DNA of 64,000 nucleotides, from contig NC_043003.1 in the NCBI RefSeq assembly GCF_006345805.1, forward strand, positions 63,798,001-63,862,000, read 5' to 3'. The stretch comes from Octopus sinensis (Eukaryota). Below are positions 55,521-64,000 of this stretch, piece after piece (position 1 is the stretch's first letter; each line of letters begins with the position of its first letter). The notes beneath the pieces are model-generated. The model saw only the letters and a list, made by a program, of their open reading frames with translations, did no database searches and had not been told where the DNA came from. The translations under genes and the position numbers were made by a program.

Positions 55521-56060
55521 AGAGCATGGATTAAGAAAGTTAAGAGAAACAGTGAACTTTACAACGTGGAAATGAAACAGATATTTTAAGAAAGAGAGCA
55601 GAGCATGGATTAAGGAAGTTAAGAGAAACAGTGAACTTTACAACGTGGAAATGAAACAGATATTTTAAGAAAGAGAGCAGAGCATGGATTAAGAAAGTTA
55701 AGAGAAACAGTGAACTTTACAACGTGGAAATGAAACAGATATTTTAAGAAAGAGAGCAGAGCATGGATTAAGGAAGTTAAGAGAACAGTGAACTTTACAA
55801 CGTGGAAATGAAACAGATATTTTAGAAAGAGAGCAGAGCATGGATAAGGAAGTTAAAGAAACAGTGAACTTTACAACGTGGAATGAAACAGATATTTTAA
55901 GAAAGAGAGCAGAGCATGGATTAAGGAAGTTAAGAGAAACAGTGAACTTTACAACGTGGAAATGAAACAGATATTTTAAGAAAGAGAGCAGAGCATGGAT
56001 TAAGGAAGTTAAGAGAAACAGTGAACTTTACAACGTGGAAATGAAACAGATATTTGAAGA
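55521..56060 (+). repeat. 79-bp minisatellite, about 7 units
   Basis: agagcatggattaag(a/g)aagttaagagaaacagtgaactttacaacgtggaaatgaaacagatattttaagaaagagagc; unit starts 55521, 55600, 55679, 55758, 55835, 55911, 55990. Confidence 0.97.
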
Positions 56061-56349
56061 AACGGTTTAAGGCAAGAGTAAAAAAGAAAAATAATATGTC
56101 TTTAGCTACTGGAAAGAAATGAAGTAGTTATTGCATGTTTACGCTGGTTGCTTCTGCCACTGGTTTGATGTGGATATTTTATGGGGATGAGAGACAGAAA
56201 CATTAGCAAAAAGAGCGATTTTTAATGCGTGTCAGAATATGAACATCCACTGGTGGCAGGGATGTTGTTTGGCACTTGTTGGGAGATTTTGAATTCGATT
56301 TCCAGACGACAAGTGATGAAGTGGGTGTCTCACGGCTCAATATTATGCG

Positions 56350-57015
56350 TACAAGATATAAATATATGCGAGCATGTGTGTGAATGCATGTGTGTGTATG
56401 TGTGTGTGTGTGTGTGTGTGAATGTATGCGTGTGTATGTACGTGTCTGTGTGGGTGTGTCAGTGTGTGTGGGTGAATATATGCGTGTGTATGTACATGTG
56501 TGTGCATGTACATGTGCGCGTGCGCATGTGTGTGTATATGCGTGTGTGAATGTATGTGTGTGTATATATGCGAGCATGTGTGTGAATGTATATGTGCGTG
56601 TGCGCGTGTGCGAATGCATGTGTGTGTATGTGTGTGTGTGTGTGTGTGAATGTATGCGTGTGTATGTACGTGTCTGTGTAGGTGTGTCAGTGTGTGTGGG
56701 TGAATATATGCGTGTGTATGTACATGTGTGTGTATGTACATGTGCGCGTGCGCATGTGTGTGTATATGCGTGTGTGAATGTATGTGTGTGTATATATACG
56801 TGCATGTATGGGTGTGTCAGTGTGTGTGGGTGAATATATGCGTGTGTATGTACATGTGTATGTATGTACATGTATGTATGTACATGTGTGTGTATGTACA
56901 TACGTGTGTATGTACATGCGTGTGTATGTACATGTGTGTGTATGTACATGTGTGTATGTACATGTGTGTGTATGTATGGGTGTGTCAGTGTGTGTGTGTG
57001 TGTGTGTGTATGTGC
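56350..57015. repeat. TG-rich cryptic microsatellite with higher-order duplication
   Basis: Blocks such as gggtgtgtcagtgtgtgtgggtgaatatatgcg recur at 200-240 bp spacing. Confidence 0.9.
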
Positions 57016-57044
57016 GTGTCTACGTTATTATGATGTAAGTGATG

Positions 57045-57310
57045 TGAGAGTGGCGAGGTGGTACAACTGTTAGAGCGTCGGACAAAACGCTTAACAACAT
57101 TTTTTTCTCCGATTCTTTACGCTGTGAGTTCAAATGCTATCGAGGTCGACTTTGCTTTACATTCTCAGGATCGATGTAATGAGTCCCAGTTGAACACTAG
57201 GATCATCGAGATCCTAGAACACTAGGGTCATCAAGATCCTAGAACACTAGGGTCATCGAGATCCCCCCTCCCCTCAAAATTTCTGGTCTTATACCAAAAT
57301 TGGAAAGAAT
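57045..57310 (+). mobile_element. SINE family B, diverged, with internal 25-bp tandem x3 (57192-57264)
   Basis: gaacactagg(a/g)tcatc(g/a)agatccta repeated. Confidence 0.8.
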
Positions 57311-57995
57311 GATAATGGCGTAAATATAGTTGTTGTTGCTACGGTTATTGTCATTCCACATGTTGTTAATCATAACTCATTGTGTCTATTTTATTTTATT
57401 TTATTTTATTTTATTTTTTATTTTATTTATATTCTTCTTCCTCCCTGGTGTTCAACGTTTTCACTCAGAATGGAATATGAACAATTTCTTGCCTTCAAAT
57501 TTTTGGTTGGACAAAAATTAATGATCGACAACAAATTATAACTTTGAGTGACATTCATTTAGTTTTATGTATTTATTTTTTCCACCACAAATCGATAATC
57601 TGGTACTGTACACACAGCAATATTAATTTAACGTTTAAATGCGGGAGCCTGTCAGTGAATTAGACATTTCAAATAAAATAAGAAAGAAAAGACATGTCGA
57701 AATGAAACTTGATAAATTCACTAGTCAATTAATATCTCATGGCAATTAATATTTCATGTTGTATGGCCGTTACAGCATCTCATTTTCCGTTCTTTATTGG
57801 GTAGGAAATGTGATATTGCAACGATAATTCCGGTAAAAAGATCTTATGTCGAGGGAAACAAATTAATATTATTTAACATTTGTAAAATATTTTAACAATT
57901 CCATTTTCCAATTTTAACTTAACACAGAAATAAAATAGCAACAACAGCAATTGCAAGAGCTGATTAGACAGAAACTGTACATTAAAGTGTACACA

Positions 57996-58404
57996 GGCGC
58001 AGGAGTGGCTGTGTGGTAAGTAGCTTGTTTACCAGCCACATGGTTCCGGGTTCAGTCCCACTGCGTGGCACCTTGGGCAAGTGTCTTCTACTATAGCCTC
58101 GGGCCGACCAAAGCTTTGTGAGTGGATTTGGTAGACGGAAACTGAAAGAAGCCCGTCGTATATATTATGTATATATATATGCGTGTGTGTGTTTGTGTGT
58201 CTGTGTTTGTCCCCCTAACATCGATTGACAACCGATGCTGGTGTGTTTATGTCCCCGTTACTTAGCGGTTCGGCAAAAGAGACCGATAGAATAAGTACTG
58301 GGCTTACAAAAGAATAAGTCCCGAGGTCGAGTTGCTCGATTAAAGGCGGTGCTCCAGCATGGCCGCAGTCAAATGACTGAAACAAGTAAAAGAGTAAAAG
58401 AGAG
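57996..58404 (+). mobile_element. SINE family A, full length
   Basis: Complete head to tail. Confidence 0.95.
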
Positions 58405-58470
58405 TAAAGTGGCTTTGAATATCATATTTTAAACTGTGTGTGAGCAGTGAAGCATTGATAAATTATAAAG

Positions 58471-58702
58471 CTGTGTTTCCCAGCCTATTTATCCCCCATG
58501 GCCCAATTGGAACTTTCCATAAAAAGTCTATGCTCCACCGGTGACTGGAAAACAGTATACGCGTATGCTTGCTGTGGAAAAAAAATTTTTATAATTGCAC
58601 ATCCCACTAAAAGAAAAACAGAAAAAAATTTGGATCCCATGCCCCACCACAATTTTCGCAGGCAACAACGGTGGGGCGTGTGCCCCACGTTGGGAATCAT
58701 TG
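58471..58702. mobile_element. hAT-type MITE
   Basis: Imperfect TIRs ctgtgtttcccagcc / cgttgggaatcattg; 8-bp TSD ttataaag / ttaaaaag. Confidence 0.65.
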
Positions 58703-58779
58703 TTAAAAAGCCTCCAGTGAACCGACTCTAGTGCTTGAGGGTATGGTAGCTATTTACACGAAAAAATGTTACTTCTCGA

Positions 58780-59015
58780 GCCATGCCAGGCTCATAGGAG
58801 CCGGTTTCCCGGTTTCAATGTCGTATATATATTCTCCACGTGGACGGGACGCCGGTCCGTCGCAGGATTACGAATTTTTGCCAGCTTAGTGGATTGGAGC
58901 AACGTGAAAATGAAGTGTTTTCCTCAAGAACACAACGCATCGCCCGGTCCAGGAATCGAAACCACAACCTTACGATCATGAGTTCAACACTCTAACCACT
59001 AAACCACACGCCTCC
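58780..59015 (-). mobile_element. tRNA-derived SINE, family E
   Basis: Matches 52055-52290. Confidence 0.85.
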
Positions 59016-59212
59016 ACAGTTACACCAAAAGCTATGAATAATATATAGACATCGAACTGCTAAAATAGCAGGCAAATCCCCTCTTTTTAACACTCCTAAC
59101 ACCTTATAAAAAGGGTTAGGGCATAATATTATCTTTATATTTTATCTTTTATTTGTTTCAGTGAGATGACCTTGGCCATACTGAGGCACCGGCTGGCTGC
59201 AAGGGTTTAATC

Positions 59213-59544
59213 AAGAGGTTCTCAAACTTTTGGAGTCACTGCCCCGCCCATGGCAACATGATATCCTCAGCGCCCCACCCCTATGTATAAATAAATATTT
59301 TATATTTTACTAATTTATATATATTTTGAATCATTTGATATTTAATATAATATTATATAATTTATATACAATACTATAATAATGTAATGAATTTATAGCG
59401 TCCTCCAATTCACTGCCTTCCTTCCAATGCCTCCTTTTTCTCTACAGCCCCACCCCCGCCACACCACCCCCTTAGGCACCAGCGCCCACCTGGACCGTCT
59501 CAATGCCCACCGGGGTGCGGTAGCGCCCACTTTGAGAACCTATG
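59213..59544. mobile_element. hAT (Charlie-like) MITE nested in an old SINE A
   Basis: TIRs aggttctcaaa / tttgagaacct; 8-bp TSD gtttaatc / gtttagtc. Confidence 0.85.
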
Positions 59545-59731
59545 GTTTAGTCGAACAAATTCACTCCAGCACATATTTTTAAAATCTGGTGCTTAATTTG
59601 TCAGTCTCTTTCCCCGAACGACTAATTTATTCCAGTACCGGTTGTCGAGCGAAGCAGGAGACAAACGCACGAACACACACGCACACAAACACACACGCAC
59701 GCACGCACGCGGGCAGACATGTATCGGTACA

Positions 59732-59810
<79 letters not shown>

Positions 59811-59879
59811 GTGTGTGTGTGTGTGTGTGGTGCGTGTGTGTGTGTGTGTGTGAGCAGTGGGGCTGAAACTTTTAATTAT

Positions 59880-60045
59880 TTAATTAAAGGTCACCTTAAA
59901 AAAAGTAAAATTAGCGGTTCGGCAAAAGAGGGCCGATAGAATAAGTACTAGGCTTACAAAGAATAAGTCTTCAGATCGATTTTCGCGACTAAAGGCGGTG
60001 CTCCAGCATGGCCGCAGTCAAATGACTGAAACAAGTAAAAGAGAA
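59880..60045 (+). mobile_element. SINE family A 3' part
   Basis: ttagcggttcggcaaaagag...gaaacaagtaaaagag. Confidence 0.88.
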
Positions 60046-60558
60046 AGAGAGATTCATCAGTTACTCGCTATAGTGGCAGTACCGGATGACTTGTTTACTT
60101 CAGACTTCATTGACGATAGTCTTGCCTTAAATGAGATCGAACAAAGGAATGCACTACCCATCCATGACATCTGCAGACTGAATAGCAATATAAGTCCAAC
60201 ATCACCATATACACCTCCATCCCCAAATAACTCAAATTCCTTCCTCTTTTCCCCACCAAATACACATAGAAATATCCACACAACTCAAACCTTCCCACTT
60301 GTCAAAAGGAATAGACCACCCTCAGTTAAACATCCATTATTGTTACATCACCCGAAGAAATGAATCCATGAAGATGATCTGCCCGATGTGCCCACCGATA
60401 CTATGGCTACACTGCAATCATTACAGGAATAAAGACTGCGATCTTCAGAGACATGTGATTCGTGGAAACGCGCGTAGTGATGCACTAAAATATTTACAAA
60501 TTCAATCCAAGGATTATTATTGTTGTTTTTGTTGTTTTTATTGTTGTTGTTGTTGTTG

Positions 60559-60602
<44 letters not shown>

Positions 60603-60796
60603 TATCGGAGGCGGCCGGTAAAATGCTTGACGTATTGTTTCTTGGTTGCCGCTTGTCAATAACATGTACTCAGTCAGTCGCATTCTAAGAAGATATTTGT
60701 CGCTATCAAGGGATTTGTAACCAATATTTAAACACTGTTATTTATAGCTTCATCAGCTTCGAGTACCGCCGTTAACAGTGATATGCTATACATACA

Positions 60797-60832
<36 letters not shown>

Positions 60833-60898
60833 TGTATGTATGTATGTATGTATGTATGTATGCATGTATGTATGTATGTATGTACGTATGTATGTATA

Positions 60899-61295
60899 TA
60901 TAAATTTAATTAGAGATAAAACCACTATTAGGCAAATCAAACAGTGAAAGACATAAACCAAAACATAAAAATAAATATAATTAATATAAAATTCAAAATA
61001 TATAAAATATAAAATTTAAAATTTCAATTACTAAATTTAAAATTTAAAATTTTTATTTATAAATTTTTATATTTTTATATTTTTATATAAAATTTTTAAT
61101 TTATAAATTTTTAAACTGTTAATTTTTTAATTTTTTAATTTTTTTTATCTGTCAAAAAGTATTAAAAAGTTTCACTGTTTGACTTGCCTAATAGTGGTTT
61201 TATCTCTAATTTAATTTATATTTATTCTGTGAAATTTGATTTAATCCTAAATCTAATTTTTCCCTGTAAGTTTGGATATACTCCCTAATATTATT
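60899..61295 (-). mobile_element. Fold-back module of the same family as 48365-48602
   Basis: Arms 60899-60949 / 61170-61220; 61221-61295 is the reverse complement of 48365-48430. Confidence 0.8.
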
Positions 61296-61847
61296 ATATT
61301 ACATATATATATGTTTATATATATATATATATATATATATGTTTATATATATGTATATATGTATATATATATTATATATATATATTATATATATATATGT
61401 ATATGTATATATGTATATTCATACATATCTCTCCTCCCCCACCTATCTACAAATACAACCAATACATTCTCAAAATTTCATTCACTCCACAAAACCATTC
61501 GAACGAGCAACACTGATTCCACGGCTCCATGCTTTCATATCTTATCTAGAATAACTATTGCCTAACCATTCTCTCAAACCGTCTCCCATGAAGGGATGTA
61601 TAAAATATCACGGAAACAGCTGTAAAACCTTCAATTTATAAATGTTCTGAAATCTTTCACAGCCTTGGATTTTTATCTCATTCTGTTAATGTTTTTATAT
61701 ATATACACGCTGATATATAACCTACGCTGAACTTCTCATTCGCATAATCACTGAACCTGGAGCTTAACTATAGTCTTTCCATAGCACTTACTCAGCATTA
61801 CCTGACACCTTTGGGTCTTCTTGACACCATTACCTATCATAACCTCA

Positions 61848-61885
<38 letters not shown>

Positions 61886-61890
<5 letters not shown>

Positions 61891-62805
61891 TACTTGGAGA
61901 AGAGAAATAACGCGTGCGTTCGGTCATATAATAATATAATAAATAAATAAAATATATGCATATATACATACATATATGTACATACTTAACATCTACATGT
62001 ATATATACATGCATATATATATATATATATAATATATATATAATATATATATATGAGTACAGGACACCACAAATAACGTAGAACACAACAAGAGACGAAA
62101 ACATAATATCAAACAAGGAAACAGACTTTTTTTAAACAACGAAAAAATAGAGTACAGGACAAACAATACAAGGAAAATTCCATTTCATCAGCTGTATGAC
62201 CGAACGCACGCGTTATTTCTCTTCTCTAAGTAAGTTTTTATTTGAATAATCATGACGCGCACTCTTTGACCTTTCCTCCCTGCCTGTCTGTCTTTCCTCT
62301 GTACTTGTCTCTCTCCTTCTTATTTTTCACCCTTTTTGGTTTCTCCCCCCTCTCTCCTCCTCCTCCTCCTCCTGACCAGAGGGCTGCTAAAACTTTCTTT
62401 CAGCTTCGTGCTTCAACAAGTATAGATCGACTTCTGTCCTTCGTAAGCCGATTTTTCACATGCGTTCTAACTAATTTTTCCACCGTCTAGGCAAAAAAAA
62501 TCCTTATTCTTGGTTCCCTGTCCTGTTTCTTCATTTGTATTGCTTTTAAATCCTGTTTTTGTCACTTGTTTTACCCCTCTGCAAAAGAATTTTATTTAAT
62601 TCCTTTTGCAGGAAGGATTGCCTTGGCTGTGTTCTGTCCTTACCTTCGAAACACGCATGGAGTCGAACCAGGGACAGCTGATGAAGGGGAATTTTCCTTG
62701 TATTGTTTGTCCTGTACTCTGTTTTTTCGTTATTTAAAAAAATCCGTTTCCTTGTTTGATTTTATGTTTTCGTCTCTCGTTGTGTTCTATTTGTGGTGTC
62801 CTGTA

Positions 62806-62812
<7 letters not shown>
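61886..62812. repeat. Interleaved inverted repeats (61886-61928 / 62195-62237; 62052-62194 / 62674-62812)
   Basis: Direct reverse-complement matches. Confidence 0.85.
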
Positions 62813-62879
<67 letters not shown>

Positions 62880-63068
62880 GCATGTATCCTCAGAGCTGCA
62901 GCCAAACATATAGTGATGTTTGGTTCAACAAGAGAAAGAGGAAAGAGTATTCAGTATATGGAGAGTAAGTTTGTGTGTGTGTATTTATATATACATATAC
63001 ATATATATATATACATATAGACATATATATATACACATATACATACATATATATATATATATACATTC

Positions 63069-63099
<31 letters not shown>

Positions 63100-63324
63100 T
63101 ATATATATACATTCATATATATATATATATATATATACATTCATATATATATATATATATATATATATCTATATATATATATATATATATACATTCATAT
63201 ATATATATATATATATAACATTCATATATATATATATATATACATTCATATACATATATATACATTCATATATATAATATATACATTCATATACATATAT
63301 AATATATATATATATATATATATA

Positions 63325-63349
<25 letters not shown>

Positions 63350-63358
<9 letters not shown>

Positions 63359-63449
63359 ACGGGAAGGTTTACGAAAATAAACAAAAGACGAAGGCAGGTG
63401 GAGTACAAACAAACAATTGTATTTGTATGCCACTCAGGAATAAAAATAG

Positions 63450-63524
<75 letters not shown>

Positions 63525-63706
63525 CCATGTTGATTCGTTAGCTACTGCAAACATTTTTTTCTCTCTGTGTATCTTTCTGTTGAAGAGCGTAGGCTCGAAA
63601 CGTTAAAGACTTGTTTTATTTATATTTCCTGAGCGCCATACTAATATAATTGTTCGTTTGTTTTCCACCTGCCTTCGTCTTTTGTCTATTTTCATAAAGC
63701 TTCCCG

Positions 63707-63715
<9 letters not shown>
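63350..63715. repeat. Fold-back with ~100-bp arms around a hammerhead-bearing centre
   Basis: aacgggaagg...gacgaaggcaggtgga vs tccacctgccttcgtc...cttcccgtt; a related arm fragment is at 16253-16300. Confidence 0.85.
63572..63609 (+). ncRNA. Minimal hammerhead motif (A6U variant)
   Basis: TCTTT-CTGTTGA-A-GAGC gtag GCTC-GAAACGT-T-AAAGA. Confidence 0.55.
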
Positions 63716-63746
<31 letters not shown>

Positions 63747-63870
63747 ATATATATATACATGTATATATACATACATATATATATACATATATATACATAC
63801 GTATATATACATATATATACATATACATACATATATAATTATACATATATATGCATATACACACACATAC

Positions 63871-63934
<64 letters not shown>

Positions 63935-64000
63935 TATATATGAGACTGTCTTTAATAGACAGCATATAGCTTTATTAAAAAGTAATCGAAAAATTATTTG

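Noticed and set aside
55521-56060. 79-bp array as a CRISPR locus
   Set aside because: Units are contiguous with no unique spacers, there are no cas genes, and the context is eukaryotic
59998-60480. 121-aa and 129-aa ORFs
   Set aside because: The first starts inside a SINE tail; no motif recognised on either strand; no good splice context

Overview
Repeat-saturated eukaryotic DNA, most consistent with an intronic or intergenic stretch of an Octopus genome. This is inferred from dense tRNA-derived SINEs of the octopus type and very abundant (TA)n/(CA)n/(TACA)n/(CTAT)n microsatellites. I found no host protein-coding exon I can support; almost all ORFs in the track are microsatellite translations. 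Recognisable content: (i) several tRNA-derived SINE families (about 20 copies of a ~400-bp family A with an internal TA/TG microsatellite; about 16 loci of a ~200-bp family B that forms head-to-tail multimers; rarer families); (ii) decayed or truncated non-LTR elements (Penelope-like GIY-YIG and probable RT remnants, CR1-like, Tx1/L1-like, R4/Dong-like); (iii) mariner, pogo-like and hAT MITEs and Helitron 3' ends; (iv) a set of (TA)n-embedded fold-back modules, several carrying hammerhead ribozyme motifs. The best example is a 246-bp near-perfect inverted repeat (44479-45163) with a complete type I hammerhead in each arm. All calls are by eye; boundaries of decayed elements are approximate.
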